Shown in pieces: positions 9,701-18,949 of a DNA stretch of 64,000 nucleotides; position 1 is the stretch's first letter, and each line of letters opens with the position of its first letter. A program made the translations under genes and the position numbers. Source of the stretch: an uncultured Rikenella sp. (GTDB lineage Bacteria; Bacteroidota; Bacteroidia; Bacteroidales; VadinHA17). The stretch lies in assembly GCA_964488645.1 (NCBI GenBank), contig CAZAVK010000001.1, positions 65,215 to 129,214 of the forward strand, written 5' to 3'. The notes under the pieces were generated by a model, which saw only the letters and a program-made list of their open reading frames with translations, made no database searches and had not been told where the DNA came from.

Positions 9701-10489
9701 GTTATAAGGCTCAACCGTGGTCGGGAAGTTGTGAGTCTCAGCCTTGAGGGTGAGTACCGAGCTGTAGCTGCTTGTTCCGTAGAGAGATGCACTCTCATGT
9801 GCATTGGGCGCAAACTGCTCCGCTTCCGGCCCGGCCAGCAGCGCGCAGTTGTCCTTATAAGCCGAGACCACCCTGTTGGGATTGGTCTCGGTGGTCAGCC
9901 TGATCAGTCTGAAGAGAGATGACGGGCGCTCTGCACCGTCAATAATGAAGATGCCGTTGAATATTTTATGGCGGCAATGCTCTGAGTTGACCTGTGAGAA
10001 ACCGAAGACCTCGCTGTCGGTAAGCCTCCTCCCGAGCCTCCCTGAGAGCTTTTCAAGGTAATCGGTCTCAGCAGCATTAAGCGCCAGCCCTTCAGCCCTG
10101 TTATAGGCCTCGATGTCATCAATCTCCTTAACCGGGTTACGGGTGAGGCCGGTGGTGAATATATGCTGGCCAAGGCCGTGATAGAGACGCTGGAGCATGT
10201 GATCATGAGCAGGGTTATCATCAACGGCGGGGAAAAACTCCTCGATGCGGGCAATACCGCTGATGCCGATATTCAGCGCTGCTTCAACTGCACTGGTGCT
10301 CCAGGGAGTGATCATCTCACGGCGGGGACCGACGAAGAGACCATCGAGGCTCTCCTCCTCCAGCGCTGCAGCATTGCCCATGAGCCAAACAAGCTTTTCC
10401 TGTTCCCCGGCTGAGAGCGGACGGGTGGTCTCAACGGCAATGATATTGCCTGAGGAGGTTCTGAAGAACAATAGTTTGCGGGAATTCAT
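6701..10489 (-). CDS. purL: Phosphoribosylformylglycinamidine synthase, single-chain large form
   Basis: Full-length architecture with SEHCRHKIF and DHGAGGH motifs. C-terminal class I amidotransferase (LGICNGCQ, AHGEGKF). Start moved to the ATG at 10489 (MNSRKLLFF), because a -7 box at 10534-10541 would lie inside the longer ORF. Confidence 0.95.
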   Translation of the reverse strand: MNSRKLLFFRTSSGNIIAVETTRPLSAGEQEKLVWLMGNAAALEEESLDGLFVGPRREMITPWSTSAVEAALNIGISGIARIEEFFPAVDDNPAHDHMLQRLYHGLGQHIFTTGLTRNPVKEIDDIEAYNRAEGLALNAAETDYLEKLSGRLGRRLTDSEVFGFSQVNSEHCRHKIFNGIFIIDGAERPSSLFRLIRLTTETNPNRVVSAYKDNCALLAGPEAEQFAPNAHESASLYGTSSYSSVLTLKAETHNFPTTVEPYNGGATGSGGEIRDRIAGGRGALPLAGTAVLMTSYPRSDGAREWERFTGPRQWLYQSPAEILIKASDGAGDYGSKFGQPLICGSLLTFEYDSGERMYGFDKVIMLAGGIGMGRESNSLKGTPRKGDLIVMLGGDNYRIGMGGGAVSSVDTGAYGSAIEMNAIQRSNPEMQKRVYNVLRAMTEGADNPIISLHDHGAGGHLNCLSELVEQSGGVIDTGKLPVGDPSLSALELIGNESQERMGLVVPPEAMDRLMAVAQREQAPVYVIGEVTGDRHLLFHDPERGERPIDLKLDDFFGKLPRTVMRDNTAARLTGKLSYDAGDPAKYLDALLQLEEVACKDWLTNKADRSATGLVAMQQCAGELQLPLNDLGAVALDFRGKSGMAVALGHAPAAALLDAAAGSVLAMAEALTNIVWAPLADGLQSVSLSANWMWPCKNTGEDARLYEAVEAASNFAIKLGINIPTGKDSLSMTQKYPDGMVYSPGTVIITAVGEVADVRRIAGPVLKRDPASSLIWIDMSGMRHQLGGSAFCQTLGSIGDILPGVADPGYFRDTFEAIQQLVREEKVMAGHDISAGGMIVTLLEMCFANSEGGIGADLTPVGEDDNVRLLYSQNPGVIIQVADAAGTGRFLAERGVRHALIGRPVAERKLIIVNGSSHFEFDIDRCRNLWFRSSYLLDRLQCRAGKADERMANLGRSPVHYELKDFRGTFADQGITTGSREIKTPYSSVKSNPETTAGKAARNGTAGRPGRRVRAAVIREKGTSGERELAYALWLAGFEVKDLHMTDLTSGKETLEDVNMIAFAGGSSHSDVMGSARGWAATFRFNAKAASALERFLKRDDTLSLGICNGCQLMIALGVTGSGGEMRPMLEKNDSGKFEAAFTGVKILKNNSVMLSNLSEMELGVWIAHGEGKFILPGPQENYNIVMKYSGSHYPANPNGSIYDTAAICSADGRHLAMMPHIERAVMPWQCACYPHERRGEEVTPWLKAFVNAREWIERKRAE

Positions 10490-10533
10490 AAAGATGAACG
10501 GATTTTTAAATGATGAGCATGCTGCCCGGGGCT

Positions 10534-10541
10534 CAAAGATA
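10534..10541 (-). promoter_or_regulatory. Candidate -7 promoter box (TATCTTTG on minus strand) for purL
   Basis: CAAAGATA on the plus strand equals TAnnTTTG on the minus strand. It lies 45 nt upstream of the ATG at 10489. Confidence 0.35.
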
Positions 10542-10623
10542 AATAAATTGGCAGACGGCGCTACCAATTATTTGTACTCATTTTTGAACCGGGTTGGCGG
10601 GCCGGGTGGCGGCCGGCCGTGAC

Positions 10624-11733
10624 TTATCTGTATCCTATTGCTGCATATCCCACCCAGTGGGCAAGCCTGGCCGGAGCGGTGAAGCCCATTCCCAGGTCGG
10701 TCACCGGCAGGGGAGCCCCCGCTATGCTGGTGGAGTAGCCGGCGGCGATGCCATTCAGGTTTATACCCTCCTCTTCAGCAAGATAGTATGCTGTCAGCAG
10801 TCCGACCGGTACCGCATACCTGCCGCACCATGTCCACCTGTACTCATGGTAGTCCTCTTCAAGTACGGTTGCTGAGCTGAATGCCCTGATCTTTGCCGGG
10901 GTGAGCTCTCCCGCAAGCATTGTCTCCACAATCTCCTGCTCGAACCTGACCGCCTCCTCATAGCCTTCCTGATCAACGCCGTACCGGTCATAGTTCTTCC
11001 CTCCCCACTCTTCATTCCCATAGTGGACCGCGTCAGTCGAGATCACTGCCGACCATCCGCTGCCCCACGCCAGCCCCGCTTCTGCCATAACACCGGCGAG
11101 GGCTGCCGCGAGCCTTGCAGAGATATACTCCATACGTTCAAAGGGCATTGCGGGAACGATCACCGGTATTATCTCCACATCGGGATTGTAATATTCAAGG
11201 AAGGGTATGAGTGCCTCCAGTGAGTGTTCGATAGTCTGCAGAGAGTCATTTACGGTATAGGTGTCAGCCGGCAGGTTTTTCATCAACTCCTCCTGAAGAG
11301 GAGATACCTTCACCACTCCTGCGGGGCTCTTCCAGCAGCGGTATGATCCGAATACCAGCCTGTTTTCCAGTCCGAGCTGCCTCGCTTTGTGTCCCACACC
11401 GAACAGTAATACCACTTCTGATCTGACATGCTGCAGGAGGGCAGGATAGAGGTATCCGACATAACCATAGTCATCATGCGGTGAGACGGCCACCCGCAGC
11501 GGGCCGCTGCCTTCGAGCTGCTGCGATGCCTGCCTGAGTTCCCCGCCCTGGTTACGTTCAATGCGTTGCATGATACTGTCGAGCTGCCACGCGTACCGGG
11601 CAAAGCCGATGGTGTCGACAGGCTGCCGGGGAGTGACTGAGCCCCCGCCCGTGTGACATGATGAGGTTAACATGGCCGTCAGAAAAAGGGCAGCCATGGC
11701 CATGGTGAAGCCGGGTTTGTTCATTTTGATCAT
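10624..11733 (-). CDS. Memo-like (AmmeMemoRadiSam system protein B family) exported protein
   Basis: SPHDDYGYVG, LFGVGHK, DAVHYG and WCGRYAVPVGLL resemble the Memo / class III dioxygenase-like fold. N-terminal signal peptide with Cys (LTSSC). Start trimmed to the ATG at 11733 to avoid overlap with the upstream gene. Confidence 0.5.
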   Translation of the reverse strand: MIKMNKPGFTMAMAALFLTAMLTSSCHTGGGSVTPRQPVDTIGFARYAWQLDSIMQRIERNQGGELRQASQQLEGSGPLRVAVSPHDDYGYVGYLYPALLQHVRSEVVLLFGVGHKARQLGLENRLVFGSYRCWKSPAGVVKVSPLQEELMKNLPADTYTVNDSLQTIEHSLEALIPFLEYYNPDVEIIPVIVPAMPFERMEYISARLAAALAGVMAEAGLAWGSGWSAVISTDAVHYGNEEWGGKNYDRYGVDQEGYEEAVRFEQEIVETMLAGELTPAKIRAFSSATVLEEDYHEYRWTWCGRYAVPVGLLTAYYLAEEEGINLNGIAAGYSTSIAGAPLPVTDLGMGFTAPARLAHWVGYAAIGYR

Positions 11734-11758
11734 TTGTTTATGCGGCTGTTTCAATGAT

Positions 11759-13018
11759 TTACCTCTTCCTTTCCCTGCAGGGCAGCAGGTTATTATCACG
11801 CAGTGCCCTTATCAGTGCCTCCTCGAAGCTGTAGAAGAGGCCCGACTCACCCTTTTTCGGGCCGCCGGCGATACCGTTGGTAATGAATATGAATCCATAT
11901 TTCCCGTCCGGGTCGAAATAGAAATCAGATATCAGCCCGTATGCCGATCCGGAGTGGCCGATCATCCGTGACCCCGGGGGCAGCAGGCTGCCCGGTGCCG
12001 GGTCAGGCAGTATCTGTGTTCCCAGTCCGCGGTCTCCCTGCCTGACATCCTCCACGTCGGCGTTGCTGCCGTTCCATCTCCATCCCGGTTCATGCATCAG
12101 CCTGACCGCCTTTTTTGATAAGATCCGTTTACCGTTATATTTCCCCCGGTTCATGTGCAGGATCATCACCCGTGCCAGTCCGGCAGCCGAGATGCGGAGT
12201 CCGCCCTGGGGAGAGAAGACCGCCCCGTTGAAACCGGTGACGTATCCCGTGAAGTCACGCGGTGCAGACAAGACCCCCTTGAAATCATCGGTCTGGGGTA
12301 TCCACCGGCCATCTCTCTGCTGGTAGATCACGGCAAGGTTTTCAACCTCGGGGAGCCCCTCGACTATGTATGATGCGGTGATGCCCAGTGGTGCAAAGAG
12401 GGTCTTCTGCATGAACTCCTCGAACCGCTCACCGGTGATCCGTTCGATTATGGTGCCTGCCAGTCCGTAGTTGGCATTGCAGTAGCTGTAATATTCACCC
12501 GGCGGCTTGTTGAGCCACATGTCTGCGGTGTAGTACTCTCCTCCGGGCACCAGCAGTTCACTGAATGACGGCGGGTTGCCCACGTTGTTGTAGGTAGCCA
12601 TGAGGAAGGAGTCATAGCCGTTTCCTTCATGGATTGATCCGGTATGCAGCAGCAGCATCCTGGGGGTGACCGGACGGTCTGGGTAGGAGGGGTTGCGCAG
12701 GGTGAAGCCCAGGTAGTCACTTACATCAGCATCGAGGTCGAGCCGGCCGCTGTCATGAAGGGTCAGCATTGCCGTTGTCAGCACCAGCTTCGATATCGAT
12801 GCGATGCGGTAGCGGGTATCTGCGTTTACCGGCAGGCTACGATCGATATCTCTCAGCCCGGTATACCATTCTCCGGCGATCTTGGCATCACACACGGCTA
12901 CCACCGAGAGGCCGCTGAGCCCGTAGTCATGTGCAATCTGCTCCACTGCCTGCTGCATCTGGGCGTTCAGTGCGGATAATGAGACAATCATTGTCAGGGT
13001 GACAGCCAGTGTTTTCAT
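11759..13018 (-). CDS. Serine hydrolase, beta-lactamase / D-Ala-D-Ala carboxypeptidase-related (class C type)
   Basis: Signal peptide, SxxK motif (ASISKLV) and YxN motif (YCNANYGLAG). Confidence 0.8.
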   Translation of the reverse strand: MKTLAVTLTMIVSLSALNAQMQQAVEQIAHDYGLSGLSVVAVCDAKIAGEWYTGLRDIDRSLPVNADTRYRIASISKLVLTTAMLTLHDSGRLDLDADVSDYLGFTLRNPSYPDRPVTPRMLLLHTGSIHEGNGYDSFLMATYNNVGNPPSFSELLVPGGEYYTADMWLNKPPGEYYSYCNANYGLAGTIIERITGERFEEFMQKTLFAPLGITASYIVEGLPEVENLAVIYQQRDGRWIPQTDDFKGVLSAPRDFTGYVTGFNGAVFSPQGGLRISAAGLARVMILHMNRGKYNGKRILSKKAVRLMHEPGWRWNGSNADVEDVRQGDRGLGTQILPDPAPGSLLPPGSRMIGHSGSAYGLISDFYFDPDGKYGFIFITNGIAGGPKKGESGLFYSFEEALIRALRDNNLLPCRERKR

Positions 13019-13154
13019 ATCTCTTCTGAATATGTTTGGCTCCTTATCCGGGTTACTGCCGGTGCTTGTCTGCTTCCGGCGGGCAGGCGCCTCCTCCCGG
13101 TCATCACCGTGGTATCAGTTTCCGCAGCCGGTTCTTAAAGCCTGGCATACCGTT

Positions 13155-13880
13155 TCAGGAGGCCTTGAAGTACTTCTTGTAGATCTCCATGTTACGCTCA
13201 AGCAGAGCCACTGACGCTTCGTAGGCCCGCTGGCTGTCCCTCTCCCTGAGTGCAGTCAGCAACTCATACTGGTATTTGAGAGTATACTCCTTCTCACCCT
13301 CGATGTTACCGTAAATCAGGTTTCTCATCCTGGGCAGCAGTGAATAGACCGGTTCAAGGCTGATAATTACTATCGGGTTACCGGTCGCCTTTGACATATT
13401 CATATGGAACCGGTTAATAAGATCCACCTCCAGCTGTGTGTTGTCAGGGTTGCATTTTTCGAGCTCGCTGAGGTTTTTCTGGAGCAGTCGTATATCTTCC
13501 TCGGTACGGTTTTTGGCGGCCAGTCTGGCCACTTCGGGCTCAAAGAGCCTGCGAACCTCTATTATCTGAAGGATAAGGTCTGAGTTGAACCTGAGGTCAT
13601 AGAAGAGATGCAGTGAATTGATTGCATCTTCTATCTTGAGCTCGGTTATATACATTCCGCTTCCCTTGCGTATATCTATCAGTCCTCTGGCGCTGAGGCG
13701 CCTGAGGGCCTCTCTCAGGGCGGTGCGGCTGACTGCAAACTGTTCGCAGAGCTCTTTCTCTGTTGGCAGCTTGGAGCCCGGGAGGAGCTTTTTCTGCCTA
13801 ATCGCTTCCTCGATCCGCCTCTCGATCTTCTGGCTGAGGGTCAGGCCTGAACCGATTTTGCTGAAGAGATCATTGGTCAT
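13155..13880 (-). CDS. GntR-family transcriptional regulator, FadR (FCD) subfamily
   Basis: N-terminal winged HTH (LPTEKELCEQFAVSRTALREALRRLSARGLIDIRKGSGMYI) and an all-helical C-terminal FCD-like domain. Last gene of the kinase-murQ-regulator string. Confidence 0.85.
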   Translation of the reverse strand: MTNDLFSKIGSGLTLSQKIERRIEEAIRQKKLLPGSKLPTEKELCEQFAVSRTALREALRRLSARGLIDIRKGSGMYITELKIEDAINSLHLFYDLRFNSDLILQIIEVRRLFEPEVARLAAKNRTEEDIRLLQKNLSELEKCNPDNTQLEVDLINRFHMNMSKATGNPIVIISLEPVYSLLPRMRNLIYGNIEGEKEYTLKYQYELLTALRERDSQRAYEASVALLERNMEIYKKYFKAS

Positions 13881-13913
13881 GGTATGGTTTTTTCCCGGCA
13901 GCGGCCGGGGGTT

Positions 13914-14816
13914 CTATTCACTCCGCCCGGGATTGTCATAGTTCTCCCGGTAGAACTCCAGGGCCTTTTTCACCGAGCCCTGCTCCATCAGCAGTATACG
14001 GGCCGCCTCTCTCTGTATGCTCAGCTCCTCGACTATCATCCGGGTACCCCGCTCAATAAGCTTCTTATTGGTCAGCTGCATGTTGACCATCTTGTTGCCC
14101 TTCACCCGTCCGAGCTTGATCATCAGGGTGGTGGTGATCATGTTGAGTACCATCTTCTGTGCTGTTCCGGCCTTCAGCCTGGTGCTTCCCGTCACGAACT
14201 CGGGGCCAACCACCACCACTACGGGATACTCGGCTGCCTCAATGATAGGCCCCCTGGGATTGCAGGTAATGCATCCGGTCAGTATGCCGTTCTCCCTGGC
14301 CTGCTGCAATCCGCCTATCACATATGGCGTGGTGCCTGAGGCTGCTATCCCTATCACTGAGTCCTTGGTGTTGATATTGAATATCTCGAGCTCGCTCCAT
14401 GCTTTGGCAGGATCATCCTCGGCTGACTCCACCGCCTTTCTCAGCGCCGTCTCGCCGCCGGCTATCAGGCCGATCACCACCGTGTCGGGCACCCCGAATG
14501 TAGGGGGTATCTCCGATGCATCCAGCACACCCAGCCGTCCGCTGGTGCCGGCTCCCAGGTAAAACAACCGCCCTCCCTTCTGCATCCTGACAAGTATCTG
14601 GTTGATCAGCCTCTCGATCTGTGGCAGCGCCTCCCTGACGGCAAGGTGAACTTTGGCATCCTCATGGTTGATATTGGTCAGCAACTCATTGACCGTCATC
14701 TTGTCAAGGTTCTCAAAATTTGAAGGCAGCTCGGTGATACTCAGGTCCTGTCTCGACTCCGCCAGCCTGCTCTCCTCCTTCTTTATCTCCGCCTGATTCG
14801 TTTTAACCTGTTTCAT
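13914..14816 (-). CDS. murQ: N-acetylmuramic acid 6-phosphate etherase
   Basis: SIS-domain protein with LFYLGAGTSGRLGVLDASEIPPTFG and the TE..N..NLD N-terminal signature. The ORF-track start at 14858 is TTG, so I trimmed to the ATG at 14816. Confidence 0.9.
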   Translation of the reverse strand: MKQVKTNQAEIKKEESRLAESRQDLSITELPSNFENLDKMTVNELLTNINHEDAKVHLAVREALPQIERLINQILVRMQKGGRLFYLGAGTSGRLGVLDASEIPPTFGVPDTVVIGLIAGGETALRKAVESAEDDPAKAWSELEIFNINTKDSVIGIAASGTTPYVIGGLQQARENGILTGCITCNPRGPIIEAAEYPVVVVVGPEFVTGSTRLKAGTAQKMVLNMITTTLMIKLGRVKGNKMVNMQLTNKKLIERGTRMIVEELSIQREAARILLMEQGSVKKALEFYRENYDNPGRSE

Positions 14817-14838
14817 TTTCACCTGTTTCGCTATGATG

Positions 14839-15687
14839 TCATATATGAGGGTTCTCAATGTGGTACCTTACCAGCTCTGCCATTGGCGTCAGGGTGAAGA
14901 GACCCGGCTGAAGCCTGTGCTTCATCAGCTGTTCCTCCAGAAACGGCCTGAAGTGGAAAGCGATGCTGCCGGTGAAGTTTATCGGGTATTTGCGGGCTTC
15001 GGGGTATGAGAGCACATTGCGCACGATAAACTCATCGAAGCTGGAGGTTATCATTGCCTGCAGCTCGGGCACATGGATGTTGTCAGACAGGAATTTTGTG
15101 AATTGCCCCAGGAACCTGTTTGGGAATGGCATGTTATAGACATGGTCAAGTATCTCTGCCGGAGAGTAGGGATAGGTCCTGAAAAAATTCTCTATCACTA
15201 TGCCCGGCAGCTGCTTTTTCAGTATACCTGCCACCAGTTTTCGTCCCAGCACGGCTCCGCCGCCCTCATCACCCAGTATGTATCCGAGGGGTGATACATT
15301 CGCAACAATGGCATTCCCGTCATAATAGCATGAGTTTGAACCGGTGCCGATAATACATGCTATTCCCGGCCCGGCCTGGCAGAGGGCCCTGGCCGCACCC
15401 AGCAGGTCACTGCCGATGAAGAGGTCATCGGTACCGAAATAGTCAGAAAGCGCTTTCCGGACAATATCTGCCTTGGCAGCATTGCTTACACCCGTGCCGT
15501 AAAAGTAGATTTTCCGGATACCTGCGCTCCTGAGGCCGGGCAACTCTGAACCAAGCAGGCGTATGATCTCTTCAGAGGTGACAAAAAAGGGATTGATGCC
15601 TGACGAGATATATGACCTGCCGGCAACATTGTCCCTGATCTCACGCCATTCGGTCGTTGTAGAGCCACTGTCAGCAATCAGAATCAT
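14839..15687 (-). CDS. BadF/BadG/BcrA/BcrD-type sugar kinase (MurNAc/GlcNAc kinase-like)
   Basis: ATPase motifs LIADSGSTTTEW, IIGTGSNS and LGDEGGGA. Start trimmed to the ATG at 15687 (MILIADSG). Directly upstream of murQ. Confidence 0.75.
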   Translation of the reverse strand: MILIADSGSTTTEWREIRDNVAGRSYISSGINPFFVTSEEIIRLLGSELPGLRSAGIRKIYFYGTGVSNAAKADIVRKALSDYFGTDDLFIGSDLLGAARALCQAGPGIACIIGTGSNSCYYDGNAIVANVSPLGYILGDEGGGAVLGRKLVAGILKKQLPGIVIENFFRTYPYSPAEILDHVYNMPFPNRFLGQFTKFLSDNIHVPELQAMITSSFDEFIVRNVLSYPEARKYPINFTGSIAFHFRPFLEEQLMKHRLQPGLFTLTPMAELVRYHIENPHI

Positions 15688-15816
15688 TTGATGGTAGCAA
15701 TAACGTAGTTGTCTGTTGTCATGCAGTTTAAAGTGAGAAGGGCCATACCCGCCCTCCCACTGAACGCTAAGGTATAACAAATGTAAATAATTAAATCGAA
15801 TTAGAGAGATTTTGTC

Positions 15817-15833
15817 AGATGTATGACATGTCT
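15817..15833. promoter_or_regulatory. Candidate GntR-type operator (AGATGTATGACATGTCT) in divergent promoter region
   Basis: Core TGTATGACA fits the GT-Nx-AC GntR rule. It shares AGATGTA..ACAT with the sites at 34246 and 36857. Confidence 0.4.
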
Positions 15834-15845
15834 TAAAAAACTTTC

Positions 15846-15853
15846 TACTTTTG
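15846..15853 (+). promoter_or_regulatory. Candidate -7 promoter box (TACTTTTG) for the 15892-27043 operon
   Basis: Exact TAnnTTTG, 39 nt upstream of the ATG at 15892. Confidence 0.4.
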
Positions 15854-15891
15854 AATCAAAATAGTAATTTCCCGAAAAAACCGTCAAGGAA

Positions 15892-18800
15892 ATGCGTCAG
15901 TACTGTTCCCTTGCCTCACTCTCCCTGCTCATTCTGCTGTTGCTGGCACCAGTGCCGCTAACTGCCCAGAAGCCCGGCAAGTCGGCAAAGGCCGCAGCCT
16001 CGCGGCTTGGCAGGTGGGAGGCTCCGGCCGCGGGGTGGCTCTTCCCCGGGGAGCTGGTCATTGATTCTCTCAGGGTTGATGAGAGAGGCAGGGTGATTGA
16101 GATCTATCTCCCGGTCTCAGCCTCATACAATCCGGTTCGTGAGGAGGGCTATGCTGCCCTTGCCGGGTCAGTCCGGTCGGCGCTGGGCAGAAAATTTGCC
16201 GGCTATGATATTGTTTTCTGGTCGAATGGTTTCAGGCTCGAATCACTTATACCCAATTATTTCAGGTCATCGTTTCCGGCTGACTCTACGCGGGTCAGGC
16301 CTCCGGGCAGCGGCAGGCCTGCGCTGATCTCACGTGTCGGGTCGGCGCCTCCCTCCGCCGGGCTTGCCGGACGCTATATCGCCCTCTGGCACAGTCACGG
16401 CTATTACTATGACATCCCTCTCGACCGCTGGGAGTGGCAGAGGGCCAAGCTATTCGGTAGTGTGGAGGATCTCTCGGTGATGGCCTATGTGGTACCTTAC
16501 CTTGCACCGATGCTTGAGAATGCGGGTGCCACGGTTTTCCTGCCCCGTGAGAGGGATATCCAGCGGAACGAGGTTGTGGTGGACAATGACCGCTCAACGG
16601 GTGACTCACGATTCCTGATTCTCGGCGGCAGTGTCCCTGAGCCTGCCGGCCGCGGGTTCTTGCTGCGGGACACCCTCTTCACCGGTGACAACCCGTTTGC
16701 CATGGGCACCTCGCTGAAGGTGACCGGTGGCGGTGCGCAGTTCATTCCCGATATACCTGAGAGGGGTATGTATGGTGTCACCCTCGCATATCCTCAGCTC
16801 AGCGGTCACCGCGGGCGGGTGAGTGTTGCCGTGACGCATGCCGGCGGCCTGACGGAGTTCGTGGTTGACCAGTCGTTCGGTGGCGGCACGTGGCTATGGC
16901 TGGGTTCGTTTCTCTTCGATGCCGGTACCGACCCGGCCAGTGGTTCGGTCACCATCACCCCGCTTGACGGTGCCGCCCTTATCGATGCTGTACGCTTCGG
17001 AGGAGGGCTGGGCAATGTGGCCCGCCGTCCGGCAGAGCGGGTACTGGCCAACCAGCGGTCACTCGATGCCGGGGCGGGGGAGAAGGCTGATGAGCAGGAG
17101 GCTGCCGGCGGCCATAGCTGGAAGCTGAGCGGCAAGCCGCGTTACCTCGAGGGAGCCAGGTACTGGCTGCAGTATGCCGGTATGCCCGATACGCTTGTCT
17201 ACACCCCCAACAAGGGGAAGAATGACTATAATGATGACTATATGTCACGTGCCGAGTGGGTCAATTACCTGATGAGCGGAGGAGGTGCTGAGGGCAACCC
17301 GGCAGGCGGGAGCGGGGCAGCCGCCGTTCAGTCTGCCGGCCCGGCTATCCCGATAGATCTCTCACTGGCATTCCATACCGATGCCGGGGTAACGCCCGAT
17401 GACTCAATAATAGGAACCCTGGGTATCTATTCCACCCTCTCGGGGGGAGGGCTCTTCCCTGACGGTCAGAGCAGGATAGCCAGCAGGGACCTTACCGATA
17501 TTATCCAGACCCAGATCACCGAAGACATCAGGGTGCTCTTCAACCCCGCCTGGACGCGCCGCGCCATGTGGGACAGATCATACTATGAGGCGCGCCGCCC
17601 CGATGTGCCGGCCATGCTCCTGGAGCTGCTCTCTCATCAGAACATGGCTGATCAGCGTCACGGCTTCGACCCCCGTTTCAGGTTCCATGTCAGCCGTGCC
17701 GTTTACAAGGGTATGCTCAGGTATCTCTCCGAGAGCGCCGGCGGCAGGTATGTCGTTCAGCCGCTACCGGTATCCCATTTTGCCATCATGCCTGCCGGCG
17801 GCAGGCAGGTGCGGCTCAGCTGGCAGCCGGTGGCCGACCCTCTCGAGCCGACCGCCGGTGCAACCTCGTACCGGGTCTATATGCGTACCGGTGAGGGAGG
17901 GTATGACAACGGCACCCCGGTATCAGGCACTTCATTCATTACCGGGCTGCCTGAGTATAATACCGTATACAGCTTCCGGGTCACTGCCGTCAATGATGGC
18001 GGCGAAAGCTTCCCGTCAGAAGAGCTGGCTGTGGGCATTGTGCCCGGCAGTGACGATGCAGTGCTGGTAGTGAACGGGTTCGACCGCATTTCCGGACCGG
18101 CATGGTTTGACCGTGATGGTATGGCGGGAGTTGCCTGGTGGGATGACCGGGGCGTGGCAGACCACTGCAACTTCATCAGTACCGGGGATCAGTACGAGTT
18201 TGAACGCAGTGAACCGTGGCGCGATGATGATGATGCGGGATGGGGAGCCTGCTACTCGGATGATGAGGGCAGGGTCATACCCGGAAACAGTTTTGATTTT
18301 ACGCGTGTCCACGGGCACTCCATACTGGCTGCCGGCAGATCGTTCTTCTCGGTAAGTGATGAGGTTTTTACCGGAGATGATTTCGATCTCTCACCATGGT
18401 CGGTGATAGACCTCCTGTTTGGTGAAGAGAAGCGTACCCCGTCACTCTTTGATCCTGGCAGGCATGAGTTTGTTATCTATACCCCGGAGTTTCTGCGGAC
18501 TCTTGAGAGGGCTGCCGCCGCTTCGGTACCTCTCTTTATCTCAGGAGCCTATATCGGTACAGACCTGGCCCTGACCGCCGACACTGCCGCTGCCGGCGTG
18601 GTGAAACGGGTGCTTCACTTCACCCCACGTACGGGTCACGCCGTACGGCAGGGCAGGCTGGCTGCCACCGACAATGCCTTGCCACACTTCAGAGGCATGT
18701 TTACCTTCAATACCGGCGGCAGTGATGAGCTCTATGCCGCGGAGGCTCCCGACGCCATCGAACCGGCCGGCAAGGAGTCGCTTACCGCATTCCGCTACCT

Positions 18801-18948
18801 TGAAAACAATACCTCGGCAGCTGTCATGCACCGGGGGGAGACCCGCAGCTTTGCCATGGGATTTCCGTTTGAGACGATCCCTTCGCGCGATGAGCGTGAC
18901 GTGATGATGAGACAGATACTTGATTTCCTGCAAAAAAACAGAGAGTAG
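15892..18948 (+). CDS. Secreted multidomain Amidase_3-like (N-acetylmuramoyl-L-alanine amidase fold) protein with large insertion and Fn3 domain
   Basis: Signal peptide. Amidase_3-like segments are separated by roughly 300 aa: (1) LWHSHGYYY ... ENAGATVFLPRERD; (2) LSLAFHTDAG and PAMLLELLSHQN. An Fn3-like block follows (RLSWQPVADP...YSFRVTAVNDGGES). Confidence 0.55.
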   Translation: MRQYCSLASLSLLILLLLAPVPLTAQKPGKSAKAAASRLGRWEAPAAGWLFPGELVIDSLRVDERGRVIEIYLPVSASYNPVREEGYAALAGSVRSALGRKFAGYDIVFWSNGFRLESLIPNYFRSSFPADSTRVRPPGSGRPALISRVGSAPPSAGLAGRYIALWHSHGYYYDIPLDRWEWQRAKLFGSVEDLSVMAYVVPYLAPMLENAGATVFLPRERDIQRNEVVVDNDRSTGDSRFLILGGSVPEPAGRGFLLRDTLFTGDNPFAMGTSLKVTGGGAQFIPDIPERGMYGVTLAYPQLSGHRGRVSVAVTHAGGLTEFVVDQSFGGGTWLWLGSFLFDAGTDPASGSVTITPLDGAALIDAVRFGGGLGNVARRPAERVLANQRSLDAGAGEKADEQEAAGGHSWKLSGKPRYLEGARYWLQYAGMPDTLVYTPNKGKNDYNDDYMSRAEWVNYLMSGGGAEGNPAGGSGAAAVQSAGPAIPIDLSLAFHTDAGVTPDDSIIGTLGIYSTLSGGGLFPDGQSRIASRDLTDIIQTQITEDIRVLFNPAWTRRAMWDRSYYEARRPDVPAMLLELLSHQNMADQRHGFDPRFRFHVSRAVYKGMLRYLSESAGGRYVVQPLPVSHFAIMPAGGRQVRLSWQPVADPLEPTAGATSYRVYMRTGEGGYDNGTPVSGTSFITGLPEYNTVYSFRVTAVNDGGESFPSEELAVGIVPGSDDAVLVVNGFDRISGPAWFDRDGMAGVAWWDDRGVADHCNFISTGDQYEFERSEPWRDDDDAGWGACYSDDEGRVIPGNSFDFTRVHGHSILAAGRSFFSVSDEVFTGDDFDLSPWSVIDLLFGEEKRTPSLFDPGRHEFVIYTPEFLRTLERAAAASVPLFISGAYIGTDLALTADTAAAGVVKRVLHFTPRTGHAVRQGRLAATDNALPHFRGMFTFNTGGSDELYAAEAPDAIEPAGKESLTAFRYLENNTSAAVMHRGETRSFAMGFPFETIPSRDERDVMMRQILDFLQKNRE

Positions 18949-18949
18949 A

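Noticed and set aside
10490-10567. N-terminal 26-codon extension of purL in the ORF track
   Set aside because: The extension would contain the candidate -7 promoter box at 10534-10541. The conserved protein begins at the ATG at 10489.
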